Shown: positions 1-13,905 of the stretch, piece after piece | Layout: each line of letters starts with the position of its first letter | Numbering within the stretch: the stretch's first letter is position 1 | Assembly: GCF_008831285.2 (NCBI RefSeq) | Contig: NC_045138.2 | Coordinates: forward strand, 41,664,001 to 41,728,000 | Length of the DNA stretch: 64,000 bases | Source: Nymphaea colorata | Lineage: Eukaryota | Direction: 5' to 3' | The notes under the pieces: model-generated | The model's input: only the letters and a program-made list of their open reading frames with translations | Told to the model about the DNA's origin: nothing | The model's database searches: none | Position numbers and translations under genes: made by a program

Positions 1-31
1 TGATTCTCAATGGCAATAAAAGAAAAAAAAA

Positions 32-414
32 GATAGTCACAAATAACGTTTCGGAGTTTTAAACGGTGAGGTTTTTCTCGGGTATATTACAGCGAGCTTG
101 AAAAAAAAGGAAAAATACAGTAAATTTTTAAAATTCAAAAAAACTAAAAATGGAGGAAAAATAAAATAAGTGAGAAACTAATAATACAAACATCAAAAGA
201 TAAATAGACTTGCAACAAATAAAAAATAAGAAGACTGTTTGGCATTTAAAAAAAAGAAAAAAATGAAAAAAGTGAAAAAAAGAGTTAAAAACATGTTTTT
301 TCCTTTTAAACGTTTTTTTCGAAAAAAAATGTTTTTTAACTTTTAAACAGAAATTTAATTTATCGCATTTTTTTTGCTTTTTTTTTTAAAAAAACACATT
401 TTTTTGTGACACTG
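32..414. mobile_element. Non-autonomous TIR element (MITE), CATAGTCACAAA family, intronic
   Basis: Ends gatagtcacaaa / tttgtgacactg. The A-rich body is similar to the copy at 19593-20050. Confidence 0.55.
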
Positions 415-483
415 GAAAAAAATAAAGAAAAAGCAACGAGACAACCGTTAAGACTCAAAAATAGAAATAGCTCAAATAAGCAC

Positions 484-555
484 CTGTTTAGTTGTTGTTG
501 TGCCTGTAAAGCTGAAACTTCATCATTGAAATCTACAAACGCACTGTTCCTCAAC
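484..555 (-). CDS. RNPC3: U11/U12 snRNP 65-kDa protein (RNPC3-like), coding exon 2 (RRM1); gene continues left of the window
   Basis: AG/GT-bounded 72-nt exon reading (K)LRNSAFVDFNDEVSALQAQQQLN. Its phase matches the upstream exon, and it resembles the N-terminal RRM of plant U11/U12-65K as recalled. Confidence 0.8.
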
Positions 556-1489
556 CTGTTATTGCAAAAGCTTTAGAAAATTACAGATCCTGCTTTTATC
601 ATAAACAGTAGTTGAGGGAAAAAAATATTAAGAAACAAACGCCTGCAGACATCCATCAGTTATTGTATATTTCAATTAGCAGAAAATTACAGGAAAGAAA
701 ACTCTATCATTCCAATTAAACTGTCACTGAGAAAAAACAGCATCTAGCAAAGTCCATGTTTCGGAAAAATAAAAACAAAAGCATTGAGATGGTGTCTATT
801 GAGCTTCCCACTTTTCATTCAACTTCCAAATCATACAGTGAGTAAAATTTCTAACCATCAAATGTAACCAACGGTGAAATCTGAATTTTGAATATGGTGA
901 ATTATACTTGATGCTGTACTGATAGCTTGTGATATCAAATAAATCAGCAGATTCAGCACGAATATGCCATGACTGTACATATAAGGAAATAAGAAAAACA
1001 TGTTAAACTAATAAAACATGTTTGATAAACTAAATAGCTTTTAAGAATGAATGTAGCCTTAGTAAATCCAGATATTTTATATGTTTAAAGTTTTAAACAC
1101 CTTATTTCTAACACAATGATGAACAGTAATGCAAGTTATCAGCATTTCACAACCATATTGGAGAAGATTAGTCTACAAATTGTTTGGTCATGTAGTTTCT
1201 AGACTTCTACTTCTATCCAACATGAGAAATAAGGAAGATATTATGTTATTCCTTAATTCATCATGCTGTTAAGTGTTAATATGAGACAAAGAAAAAAAAT
1301 GTAAAGCATAGCAACAACAAGAAAGAACTAAATTAACCAACAGATAAATGGAACTAAAATTCTGAAAGACTGAAAGAACTTAAAATGAACTTGCAGCTAA
1401 CCAGTCATTGGATCCAGATTACCAAACAAATCTTGTGAACAAACACCAAAAAAATTTCTGTAATGATGGGGTAAAGAGACAGCACATAC

Positions 1490-1611
1490 TTCCCACCAGC
1501 ACAAGGCCGCAGCCCGCAAGCACCATAGTGAGAGAAGAGGCGGAAGAGTGTCTCCTGGGGTATAGCTTCTGGGAGATGGCGCACTATAAGTGTCACCTTT
1601 CGTCTCTCCAT
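1490..1611 (-). CDS. RNPC3: U11/U12 snRNP 65-kDa protein (RNPC3-like), coding exon 1
   Basis: ATG at 1611, MERRKVTLIVRHLPEAIPQETLFRLFSHYGACGLRPCAGG, then donor AA|GTATGT. An upstream acceptor (TGCAG|) at 1652 implies a 5'UTR intron. Confidence 0.8.
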
Positions 1612-2849
1612 CTTCAAAAGAGAGTTCAGTCCATGAAATGTGAGAGGAAATCTGCACAAGAAGGCAGAAAGTGAATTCACTTGTGAAACTGGAATTGAAA
1701 AAAAAATTACAGGTTTCAGTTTCCTTCTGTGTTTGATGGCATATAATTTTGATTCCAAAATTAAAAATAATGTAATTGGTGAACCCAGCATCAGAATTCT
1801 AGACATTAAAATAAAAAAATGTTACCGTTGGATTCCTGCAACCCAAAGTGCAACCTTCTACCTTGTTGAACACCAAAACTACTGGATACCGTTAATATTA
1901 ACATCCTCACAAACAAGCTAATGATTCTGCAGCTTCCTTATTCTCCTTCAGACAAATTAACGAAACCATGTTAGCTTAAAGACAAGGGGTAACTGATCAT
2001 GAAAGAGGTAATGGTTTACAACATCTCCAACAGATGAACAGAGAATAAACAAACCTCTCAAGTTCTTGGATCATACATATTAGCTCCCAGATAACGGTTT
2101 ACAGACATGCTCTACAAGAACCTAGATCCTCTACAGTGTTTTTTTTTTTTTCCCCTGATGAGCAAACAAGATATGATCTACCCTGGAACAGGGTAGAATT
2201 TTTTTCTTAGTCAACATGAAAGAACACCAAGATAGTGTCATGAAAATGTAAGCATGAAAGAAAAAAAAAATGCAAGCATACATCCAAGTGTCCAAGTAAG
2301 CATGCGTATTGTGGTTCGATCACACATTTCCATCATAGAATTGCTCTTTATATCCCCAACATAAGAAAGATTAAATCACGCATAGAGACAGCTTCCACTA
2401 ACGTGCATCAAATTTGATGAAAAAGCATATGCAGGAAATGGACATCCAATGTACTATTCTTACACCAGTACCCATGAAACTCGGCTAAGATATCGATTGA
2501 AGTGCCAGCAGTGATGATATTGTTCCATTCTGTAAGTGGAAAGTACGAAGAAAAATGTTTGACAAATTCTACGGCATTTTCCTTTTTAGGAACTTCTAGG
2601 GAGACTACATCCACGCTCACAAGGCACTGTGGTTCAGAAGCAATGACAAAATCAAAATCTCCTTCCTAATAATGACTATGACATCTAGACGAGGTTTAGA
2701 ACGAAAATCCAGCAACAAACTACATCAAAATCAGATTGAAAACGACAAAAAGTTTCAAAGAGGGGGCGAAGAAGGTGGGTCTGCGTCGTCCATGGCCGAC
2801 GCAGGGCCTCCACTAGCGGGGGAAAGAGAGGGAGGGGGTGGGCGAATAC

Positions 2850-2945
2850 CTGCTGGAAGCTGCCTAGGAATGACTGCTGCGGACGAAAGACTGGGAACGG
2901 ACGCTAGAGAGGAGAGAAGCTTCGCGGGTTCGCGCGCGCGAGCGG
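2850..2945 (-). other. Probable non-coding first exon (5'UTR) of the RNPC3-like gene
   Basis: GC/CpG-rich island with a CT-rich leader on the minus strand ending in donor CAG|GTATTC at 2849. The 5' boundary is approximate. Confidence 0.5.
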
Positions 2946-3408
2946 AGCCTCGCGGGGCAACAAAAAAGGGCTCCGGGAACCAATTTTTGGTTCCGTAGGT
3001 ATTGGACGGGATTCGAATCACACATATACTCATATGCTCTTTGGTACCTGTTTGTTTTGAATATGTACATATATAATTCGAATTTGAATAGGAATTAAAA
3101 AAAAAAATTATTATCTGAACTAATAATAGTGTTCAAATTGAAAAGAATAAGGGCCACGTGATAGAGAAAGGAAATACATTGACAACCCAACTTCGTTGAT
3201 TTTTTAACTTAATTTTTTTTTTTATTCGTTGGGGTTAGAATGGCCTTGCACCAATTTTGCATTACCAGGAGAGTTCAACCATTTTACCACGGTAAACTCA
3301 TCTATGGAAAGTCACTCATCTATGGAAAGTCATTATTTAGTTGTTAGCTCATATATAATCTAGGGAGCAGGGCACTGCTTCTTAGGTTTTTGCTTCTTAG
3401 GTTTTGCC

Positions 3409-3817
3409 TAGAGATGTGAATATATCTGATTTGAATCGATAACCAACCAAAAAAACTGGATATGAAAAAAAATTTAATATCTGATTAAGAAATCGAATCG
3501 GATTCAGATTTAATAAATGGCATCCGATCGGATTCTGATTCGGATATACATAACTATCCGATCGGATTCATTTTTAGACAAATATTTTGTATCTAATGCT
3601 ATTAAATTTTGAAAATTGGTAAAATCGGGTTCAAAATTTGGATTCGGATATAAAATATAAAAAACAGATTTGGATCGAATTTGGATTGTAAAATCGGATT
3701 TCAGATTCGGATTCAGATATGTCTTTTCTTTATTCGAATTTGAATCTGAATCCAAATATATGAATATCCGAAAAAGCAGATATGATTAAAGATATATTTG
3801 ATCCGTTGACATCCCTA
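3409..3817. mobile_element. hAT (Ac-like) MITE
   Basis: TIRs tagagatgtgaa / ttgacatcccta (Ac-type TAGGGATG). 8-bp TSD gttttgcc / gttctgcc. Many subterminal ATCCGA/TCGGAT motifs. Confidence 0.8.
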
Positions 3818-4538
3818 GTTCTGCCATGAGAGCACCAAGAGGCTTAGCACATGGGCTCGGGTCAGTAGTCAGTGAATTGCTATTTGCTAGTTTGAGTAGC
3901 ATGGGCATCAGCTCCTTGCGGCAAGCAGACACAGCCCTAGACCGACCTTAGGGCAAGGATCAAGGGGAATGAGAAAGCCTTTGGGTCTCACTGGTCTTCT
4001 TTGATAAGGAGTTAGATTGTGCCAAGAGATATTGAGGGGCTAGTGTAGGCAAGTGCCCACAGCAGCTTATATGTGCCTCCGCCACTGGTTGGAGCATCTC
4101 TTGGCATGGCCAATGAGTCTTGTACCGACCCGACGACTCAATGATCATTGAATCTTGGGAATTTCAGCTTAGACCTTCCCTAAGCTCAACAAAGACAGGC
4201 CTTCTAGATCAAACCAGGACCCAGCAAGAGGTATGCCCAACTTTTGGCTCCATAAGGTTTTTAAAGTAGGACTAGTTGAGAATAGATATGTTGTAATCAC
4301 ATTACATGTAATTCTTATGTTATACATCCATATCAGGTCTATGTCATTGATTGTGTTAACATTTGTGATCATTGAAGGTTTAGCTAATTTAATATAGCGA
4401 AAGCCGCTTTGGTTCTGTGTTCATATGATCATGGACGAGATTGGTGAAAATGACGTTTAATAAGATAGCAGTTATGAGCTCATAAGGTTTTATGTAATGT
4501 CTGAATGTATAAAGACATATTTGGCCCAAGTGGGAGAT

Positions 4539-4999
4539 TGTAAGGATCATTTGGTGGGCCAGCATATGTCAATGAGGAATTTCAAACATTATGATTGTCT
4601 TAATATAAATATCTGTTTTAAGTGATTGTATTTTAGGATATTACGTCATTTTATATGGTATGAGGTATTTTATAATATATAGATACTTGTATGCAATTAC
4701 AGACTCTTTGATGGGTTGAATCCATAATTGCTATTGATATAAAAGGGTAGTGGTCCCTGGGGTCGTGCAACGGTTGCTTGAAACATTGGTTTCTAGGGTT
4801 GTCTCTTCCCCATCTGAGAGAGACCGCATGGCGCCGCACAGACCCTGGAAGATCCTACTCCAATCTACCATTCGTGCTGTTCAGATGGATTCAGGTACGC
4901 TTCCGCTGCAGTTTAAAGTTTCAATTCCATGATTTAGCATGAACATGATCTTGTTTAGGGCATATTCGTTTTGTGATGCATGAGGGAAATCTCCCATCA
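4539..4999 (+). mobile_element. Possible LTR remnant
   Basis: Polypurine tract aagtgggagat followed directly by TG. No partner LTR seen, and the right end is uncertain. Confidence 0.3.
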
Positions 5000-6770
5000 C
5001 CATCATGATCAATGATCGATACCTCATCCTTGTTGTGGAGGATCTGTTGGACGAGCTACATGAGGCACTGTTCTTTTCCAAGTTGGATTTGCACTTAGGT
5101 TACCATTAAATCAAGGTCGTAGACAATGACATTCCTAAAACTGCATTTTAAATCCACGACGGCCATTACGAATTCACCCTAATGCCTTTTGGGCTGACCA
5201 ACATGCCCTCGACATTTCAATTGCTGATGAATGATTTATTTCACCCCTTCATGTGATGATTTGTTATCGTCTTTTTTCGAAGATATCTTGGTCTATAGCC
5301 CAGGGGAGCAGGACCACTTGCAGCACCTACACACGGTACTAGCAGTGTTACAGCAGAACCACTTGTGTGTCAAGCCCTCCAAGTGTATGTTTGGTACCAA
5401 AAGTATTTCTTATTAGGGCCATGTGATCTGTAGAGGGAAGGTGAGTATGGAAGATGAGAAAATACAAGCAGTGAAGGACTGAAATGTTCCTCAGTCCGTG
5501 TGAGAGTTGTGCGCATTGTTGGGACTTACAGGATACTACCATAAGTTTGCTCAGGGATATGGACTGATAGCAGCACCCCTTACTGAACTAACCAAGAAAG
5601 GGAAGTTCCAATGGGGAGAGAAGGCAAGACATGCATTCCAAAGGCTGAAACAAGTGATAACAGCAGCCCCTATTTTGTAGACACCCAATTTTTAGTTACT
5701 CTTTAACGGTCGAGTCTAATGCATCTGACCTACACATGGGAGTAGTCCTGAGCCAAAACAACCACCCTATTGGCTATTTCAGGAAGGCAATGGGAGTTAC
5801 TTTTGGCGGCAAATCTACCTATGAGCGAGAGCCAATAACCATCATTCTTGCAACTCTCAAATAGGAACATTATCTCATGGCGCAGCGATTTGTGGTGCTG
5901 ATAGACCATCACAACTTGAAGTATTGCTTACAACAACCTATGCTTTAAACGACTATGCAGAAGTGGATCCTCAAGTTGATGGGTTTTGACTTTGGGGTCT
6001 ATTTTCACAAAGGCAAAGAGAATGTAGCTGCTGAAGGTCTCTCCAGATCTGTGGAACAACATCAACACAGCCTGCTACAACTGTCATAGGTGTAGGTTAC
6101 ACTTTGAGATCAAATCAGATGAGCACAGGAAGAAAGTTATTCCACCAAAAAGATTAAACAATAGCTGAGTGAAAATTCCTACAAGGTAATTGGCTATGAG
6201 TGGAGTCCTCCTTACCTATATCACCAAGGTCGCATTTTTATTCCACTAGAAACACCATTTCCTAGGCTGCTAAAGGAGCACTACTATAATGGGCACACTG
6301 CCGGGCATGAAGGAGTAGAAGCAACCTACAAAAGGCTGCAAAATACCTTCTATTGGCCAGAGGGATGAAGAGGGCTATAAGAGACTTTGTACGCCAATGT
6401 GACGAATGCCAACGAAACAAGCATGAACTAATGAGGCCTGCAATGCTATTACAACCATTTCCCACACCTGAATTGAATTGATATGGGAAGACATCTCCAT
6501 GGACTTTATTGAAGGGTTGCTGAATTCCAAAGATAAGTTAGTTATACTTGTAATGGTAGACTAGCTTTCAAATTGCACACATTTTGCTGCAGTGTCTCAC
6601 CCTTACACTGCTAAGACCATGGCACAAGTCTTCCAAGAAAACATAGGGAGACTCCCCAGGATGCCATGGACTATTGTCAGTGATCGCGACCCAGTTTTTC
6701 TTAGTGACTTTTGGAAGGAATATTTTTCAATTGTAGGGCTCGGCATTACAAATGAGTATTACGTATCACC
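5000..6770 (+). pseudogene. Decayed Ty3/gypsy pol (RT-RNaseH-integrase)
   Basis: Motifs [52 protein letters not shown] and IVSDRDPVF in RT-RH-INT order, with many stops and frameshifts. Confidence 0.85.
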
Positions 6771-7756
6771 CACTGACCAATTACATATGTTAAATGAAAA
6801 GAGGCTTGAGGCAATAGAACATGTTGAGGCTCATCATCAGAAGATAACATTACATTATACAAAATTTATTGTCTTTCAAAAGCAAATTCAAAATCAATGA
6901 TTTGATCATCAAATCAATCATTCCACTCAAGAAAAATATATGTCACATTTTCATCAAACTAGAAAGTGTCTTACATGGCTAAGGAAGTATAGCCCATTAA
7001 CTCATAAGCTTATTGATGCCAACATAATGGAACTATTAGACCTTGTTAATGCCTTGCATTCAAGAAATTTTTACATTTGTCCTTGTGTCATCCTTGTACT
7101 ATTTATTATGCACATTAATAAAAAGAAAAATTTTTCAATTTCAATTGCATTGTCAATCTTCAATTTATCCTACAAATGTACCATCTAGTGAACAAATGTT
7201 TACCGAGCCACCAACTAGGCATTTTTCCATATTGTACCATACTAGGGCATCTTTCTCGGCCTTTCGTTCGATCCATTAGGGTAGGAAAGGGCAATACTCC
7301 TACAATAAGATTTCTAAAGAGGACCTTTTTAATATCTAGCTTCAAAAACAAATTTTCCCAAGAATCCATTGTTAAATATGGTTTTTTAAACCAATTTCTC
7401 TAGTGCACAGTAGTACCTTTTTCTGGGTCACTAGTGAGGATGAGTTAAGTGAATATCTATTTTTATAATTCTTCAAGTTGATCTTCTAATTTATGTTTGA
7501 TATGATTATGTGTTATTTAAACTCTTTATTAATAAATTATAGTTTATTAGTTCATGTAATCATGAATTGTTACATTGTTTTTTAGGTCACTAGCACATGT
7601 GGGAATTATGATTTGTTATTTTATTTTTAGGTGTCTTTGTTGGTCTTCAGACTTTATGCTTTTTTGAGACTAAGATTGTTGACTGAAATTGAAATGTGTA
7701 GATGATGACCTTGAATCATTAGCATATGACTGATCTTCCTTTGCAAGGTTATATGC

Positions 7757-10700
7757 CAATAAACGGCTGCTGGGAGGTAGGCTCCCATCCTTTTATTACA
7801 GAAAAATTAAGATATGTACAAGGCAAAAGAAAAATTTACACAAAGATGTGAAACAGCCACATCAGGGGAAAAAACCCAAAAAAACCCAGGCAAGCATAAC
7901 CCAGCTGCCCCAAAAACCATCACCAGAAGGCCAAAAAATTCGACCAGCGTTACAGCTCCTGAAAAGGCAAAGACTAAAAACAGAAACAATATTAGAAAAC
8001 CAAAAGAAAGCATTAACCACCATCATCCCTGCCATCCCTTTCCCCATAATGACACATCTGTTCTCCAGCCTCTAAAGTAGGCAGTTGACTAAGAACCCTT
8101 AGACGTTGGCTGGCCGCCCTCATGTGATGCCATTTCTGGTTAATCGGCCTCCTGCCTTCCAACATCGCTCTAAGTCTGCGCTTCCATCCTTCATTGTTAG
8201 ATATGATCCCCAAATTGTCATTGACTCTCGCCATAGATTGCAGCCAACCATTGAGCACCTGTAATTCAGCTTCATCCTCCTTAGATTGAGCTTCAGTAAA
8301 TATGGCCTCAATAGATTCCATGTCTCTCAATCTCCACATGCCCATCACCATGGTATTAATGCCCTTCTTATATGTGACAATTTGCAACACATTAGTGTCC
8401 ATGCTTAAACTGGAGAGTCTGCCCTCGCAAAGGATTCCAGTCCGCAACCAAGTGGACATAGCCTTACGCTCGTCTTCCTTCAGCTGCAACCTTTGAAAAG
8501 CCTCCTTAGCTGAGCTCCCAACAACAGTGAAAATATGTTCAGACATAGCTGTGGTCAGTCTCTCATGTGCCACTTCATTCCTGAACCACCATAACTTCCA
8601 TAACGCGATTGGAAAGAGCAACATCCAACATTTCCTAATCCATTTAACCTTGAACGACACCCTGCTCCAAATCTGAAATTCCTTATCAATGCTCTGCCAC
8701 GGGAGCCTACTCCTACCAAAGCTAGCAATCGCCTTTCGCCACACCTTTTGCACAATAGAACACTTGAACATGACATGCACATTGTTCTCCTCCTCTCTTT
8801 TACATAAATGTCATCTGTTAGCCAAATGAACTCCATGTCTTTGTAATCTGTCTTGAGTGGTCAGTCTCATGTGGCTGGTGATGTAGGTAGTCCAGCTTGC
8901 TCTAACTAGGATGTGATTGTTCCATATACGCTTTCGCCATCCTTCCTGAATACCCTTCTGTCTTATGGCGTCCCAAATCGATCTAGAGCTAAGTTCTTTG
9001 AGTTCTGTAGCATTACTAACAAGTTTGTCAGTCTCATTAACTAGTTGGATGCACGTGCTCGCGGTTAAAGCCTTGCTTGGCAAAGTTAGCCTAGCTTCAC
9101 CCAAACTCCTAACTTCTGCAACAGAAAGCTTCAACTGATCAACTATGACACCATACTCCTCTCCACTAATTGATTTCACCAGAATTTCGTCATGCCACCA
9201 ATCGAACCAGAAGAAAACAGAATTACCATCTCCAATCTTCCACCTCACCCAATTTGCTATCTTATTCCAGCTTTTTCCTAAGCTTTTCCAAGCCCAAGAT
9301 CCCCTCCAAGGTTTACGCACAGTCCACAAACTGTTTGATTTGAGATAAGTAGCTCTGATCCATTGTGCAAAGAGAGAGTTATTATTAAAGGAAGATCAAA
9401 GTCTACTCACTAAGAGGGAAACGTTGACTTCCTCAAGAAGGCGTAGACCAATACCACCTTCCGCCTTGGGCTTGCACAAAGTATGCTAGGCTATTTGGTG
9501 GATGTGCCAGTTAACCTCAGTATCAGCCCACAGGAATCCGGTCATGCATCGCTCCAGCTTTTTAAGTACTTCGTTCGGAAGAGAGAAAGCTTGCATCCAA
9601 AAATTGCCCATGGAGCTAAGGTTATGGGTGATGAGGCAAGCACGTCCTGCATAGGATAGAAGTTGGGTTTTCCAAGGTGCCAACTTCTTCTTGAATTTAG
9701 CAATCAACCCTGCGCAAAGGTTCGCACTTAAGTTTCCCGTAAAGAGAGGGACACCCAAGTAATCCAAAGGTAGCTTAGCCACCTGCCAGCCTCCAATGTT
9801 GGCCAACCTTTGCTTAAGGGGAGTATCAACGTTGAAAGTGAAAAGCGAAGACTTGGAGTTGTTGATAATGAAACCTATTCTTTCTTCAAGTTGGCTCAGG
9901 ACCCTCTTGATATTGGTTATCGATTTAACTGAAGCAACACTGAAGAGGAGGAGATCATCAGCAAATATTAAGCAGTGAACATCAGGAATGGCTCTAACTG
10001 AGTAGGGTAGGCGAATGGCCCCCTTCATAATTTGTCCCTTAAGATATCTGACTGCCATTTCCATTACAAGTATGAAAAGGTAGGGAGACATCAGATCACC
10101 TTGCCTAACACCCCTCGCAGCTGTGAAGTTTCTCCCAGCGTCACCATTAATCAACACTGTATAGGAGACAGAGGAGACACAAAGCATGATTTTTTCCACC
10201 CAGAACGGGTGAAATCCCAGATAAAGGAGGCTATTATGCATGAACCTCCAAGACACTCTATCCTACGCTTTAGAGATAGCGAGTTTGAGACAGGCTACGG
10301 CTTCTTTCCTGCTATCAAAAAGGTGAACCAACTCATTGGCCATGGCAATCTGATCGTGGATCACCCTAGATTTGACAAAGGCCCCTTGAGTTATCCCGAT
10401 CAAGCGAGGAAGGATGTTCTTCATGCACTGCACCATTACTTTAGCAATCACTTTGTAAAGACTATTGCATAGGGCAATGGGTCTATAATCTTCGATCCGA
10501 TGAGCTCCTCTTTTCTTAGGGTTGAACATCAAGTAGGTCTTGTTCAAGCTACGCACCAACTTCCCTGTTTTAAAAAAATTGTCCACCACTCTCCAAATAT
10601 CTTGGCCAATCTCCTCCCACATGATTTGATAAAAAAAGTTTGGGAAACCATCAGGCCCCGGAGCACTGTCCTTGTCCAGAGACATAACAGCTTCCTTGAC

Positions 10701-12229
10701 CTCCGCATAGGTGGCTGGTCCCAAGAGGGAGGCGTTCTCTTCCGTAGAGACAAATTCTCCCTGCCCGATGTCACTAGGGATATCACCATTAGCCGAAGTT
10801 TCATTAAGGAAACTTTCAAAATGGCTGCTAGCTGCTTCCAGCATGCTATTGATAGAAGAGAAAGTTTGCTCAGCAATGCGGTTCTTTCTAGATCTATTGT
10901 TGGCAATGGTTTGGAAGAATCGCATGTTTTTGTCCCCATCTGATAACCACTAGACTCTCGACTTTTCCTTCCACATGATTTCTTCCAGGTGTAAAACCTT
11001 TTCCAGCTCTCTCTTGATGGATTCCTCTTCCCTCGTTGCCCACCCATCCCCAGCCTCACTATTTGCTTGGGCTTGCCTGAGACGACTTTGAAGTGACTTT
11101 ATGTTGTCCTCAATACGGCCAAAAGAATTTTTGTTCCAGTATATAAGGCTGCGCTTCACCACCTCAAGTTTTCGAAGGACCCGCAACATAGGACACCCCT
11201 GCACCTCAGCCCCCACGCTTCACTGATAACCTGGCGACCTTTCCTGGTCAACATCCAGGGTTTTAAGACTCTGAACCGTCTAGTGTTCCTATTCTGCCAA
11301 AGAGGGTTGTCCATCTTCACCATGATCACCTTATGGTCTGAAGTGGCTCTGGGGGCCGTAGAAAGAGTACAAACAACATTTGTCTGTCTTTCCCAAGCAG
11401 AATTAGTGAAACCCCAGTCAAGTTTGCAAAAAATCCTATCTTTACCCTAGTGTCTATTGGACCAGGTGTAGTTACTTTGGTTATCACATAGTTCGTTTAG
11501 ATTGGAAGATAGTACGAATCTGTTAAAATCAGAACAAGCTTGAACATTCGAGGGCTTACCTGTTTTGTTGAGGCAGTTACGCATAGCATTAAAGTCCCCA
11601 TAGATCAAAGTAGGAATGTCTTGAGCATTGAGAAAAAATGCCAACTCAGCAAAGCTATTACGACGAAGAAGGGGGTTGTTTGGCATGTAAACAGCTACTA
11701 TCCGAAAAATCTGCATCACATTAGCAAAAGAGAAAAAACCGGCCAACCACCATTGGTTTTTAACCCAACCATGGTTGTGAGCATGCACCTGGTTCCAAAG
11801 GCCAAAAATACGAGCACGCCTCTCCTCCCCATCTTCATTCCTCTGCACCCCTTCCATGTTTAAGCGGCTGGCAATACTCCTAATAACCACCTCCTTAACT
11901 TGCGCATCAAGTAGAAAGCAAATCCAAGGCCTTTCAGACTTACAAAGATTAACGAGGTCTTGTTGGGCTGCCGGCCGTGCAGCCCCCCTCATGTTCCAAC
12001 AAGCGAGTTTCATCGGCGCATCGCCGACTTCGCTCCATCCCCCCCATCCATAGCCTCTTCCATTTCCCCTGGCTGTTTGCCCTTGGCCTTTTCATCTAAA
12101 ACACGACTTATCTCCTTAATTAAGTCATATCTTTCTTTTCTTCTCTTTCGTCCAACCTTGATCCATTCATTTTCTCCTTCCCCTAGCTTAGGATTGTCTA
12201 CTGGGGGAGTGCTGAGTTGATCATTCATA
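7757..12229 (-). mobile_element. L1-clade LINE, 5'-truncated, ORF2 disrupted
   Basis: Endonuclease (WNMRG..GDFNA, 11447-12013), RT (PGPDGF, RPIALCN, RQGD, FADDLLLF, YLGVPL), zf-RVT region and C-terminal domain (8013-8780), plus the tail of ORF1 (12010-12229). Candidate 7-bp TSD tatatgc at 7750-7756 and 12230-12236. Confidence 0.9.
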
Positions 12230-12392
12230 TATATGCTTTGCAAATTTACCTTATATCTTTGATGACTTTATTTTTCTCCCTTTTGCCTCTAAAACTACAG
12301 AACTACATGGTCATAAAAAAATTTGATGTGAAGATCACTAGATCAAGGTTACTTTTTAATATTTTTCTTTAAATATAGTTCTTGATACTGTC

Positions 12393-12395
<3 letters not shown>

Positions 12396-12476
<81 letters not shown>
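12396..12476. repeat. (TA)n microsatellite
   Basis: About 80 nt of pure TA repeat. Confidence 0.95.
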
Positions 12477-12479
<3 letters not shown>

Positions 12480-13679
12480 TTTTGATTTGATGATTACCAG
12501 ATCAGTGAGAAGGTTGATGACGAACCTGTTATAATTTTCAAGAATGATGTATTCTATAATTGGGGTAGGTACAGAGCCCGTTTGTACATTGAATTTGTGA
12601 TGTCCCAATGGGTTGAGTAGATTTTGGTATTATTTTGATTATTGGACTTTGTCTTGGCTGACAATTGGCTACCTTTGCTTCTGGGTATTTTTGTTTCTTT
12701 TATATTGATTGTGACTCTCCCTCTCTTTCTCTCTATGCAGTAGCAGAAAACGGACATTGAGTATATTTTCTGCCAAATTCTTCGAAAGCCATGTATGCTG
12801 CCACCTTTGTATTCCATTTATAATTGTTATGACAAATTGGATTCCAAATGAGAAACAAGTGAGTGACGATGATGCACTATGTGCAGCAAGGGCAGTTCAT
12901 TCCTCAAAAACATGGGCATGTTTTTGTATGAACTTGCAGTGATTAGTTAAGTAAAGTTGATAAGTTTTGCATGTGAGGTATGTCAAAGATGGAGACAAAA
13001 TTTTTTGCTTATTTGCCTCCATGTGATTCTCTTTCTATTCTTGTGGTGTGGGAGAGGTTGCTATCCAGATTGTATGTTATACTATTGAGGTTTGTCAGTG
13101 CACACTTGTCAAGTAAAGTTGTTAACCATTTTTCATCACTTTTAACTAGGCACAATTTCCCTAACTTCTGCTTTCTTAGGGACTTCTCATGTTTTATGTC
13201 ACAATATTTTTTAAGGAGAGATACCATGAGTTTTTTATGGTTGAATAATGACAAATGGTCGAAGCTTTGACTGTTGTCCTCTTTAAAATCTATACATATG
13301 TACTGGCCTCTATTTCCTGGAATTATGACCTTAATCATCAATCCCCCTGCCCTTGACTCAGTGAAACTATTGTCGAGTTTCATTATGTTATATGATGTTT
13401 ATTTTATTGTAGTTTCTTCTTTTTGTCATTTTTGTACGCTTGTTATTTGTAGTCATTGGGCGGTTTGGTGATCAAGCCTCCAAGAGTTCATATAGGGAGT
13501 TTATGAAAGGCTTCATTGTAATATGCCCTTATGTTTATAACCATTTATTTCACTTGATCGTAGCATTCTTCTGCTTTTATATGTCAAGAAGTCAACACAG
13601 GCTGTCTGCAATTGCCAAGCATAGTCCAAATATGGTTTTGTATTTTATAATTGTCATACTATTTTCCATTTAACTAGTT

Positions 13680-13905
13680 AACAAGCTTTATTAAGCTCAT
13701 TTAAATGAGCTTGACGAGCTGAGCCATAGTTTTTTTTTTCAAATCTTAAATGAGTCAAGCTTGACATTGTGCCTCATGCACGAACCCAACATTGTACTAT
13801 CAAGTCAAGCTTGAGCCATTCTACGGAGCTTGACTTGAGATTTTATGAGTCGAGCCGAGCTCGACCTTGGCTAGCTCGAGATCAACTCGTCATGTTCAGC
13901 CCCAC
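13680..13905. mobile_element. TIR-element terminal region with GAGCTCGA/TCGAGC subterminal motifs (possibly one end of the adjacent hAT)
   Basis: Clustered gagtcgagccgagctcgac-type motifs ending in gttcagcccca. Confidence 0.4.

Noticed and set aside
1..3000. U12-type intron or tandem U11 5' splice-site (USSE) autoregulatory motif in the minor-spliceosome gene
   Set aside because: Visible donors are U2-type (GTATGT, GTGCTT, GTATTC) and no GTATCCTT motif was seen on the minus strand. The 3' part of the gene is outside the window.
2672..3070. Overlapping 68-108 aa ORFs
   Set aside because: CpG-rich 5'UTR/first intron of the RNPC3-like gene; no homology evident.
3420..3810. Short repeated motifs suggestive of an array or CRISPR
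   Set aside because: Irregular subterminal repeats of a hAT MITE in eukaryotic DNA; no repeat-spacer periodicity.
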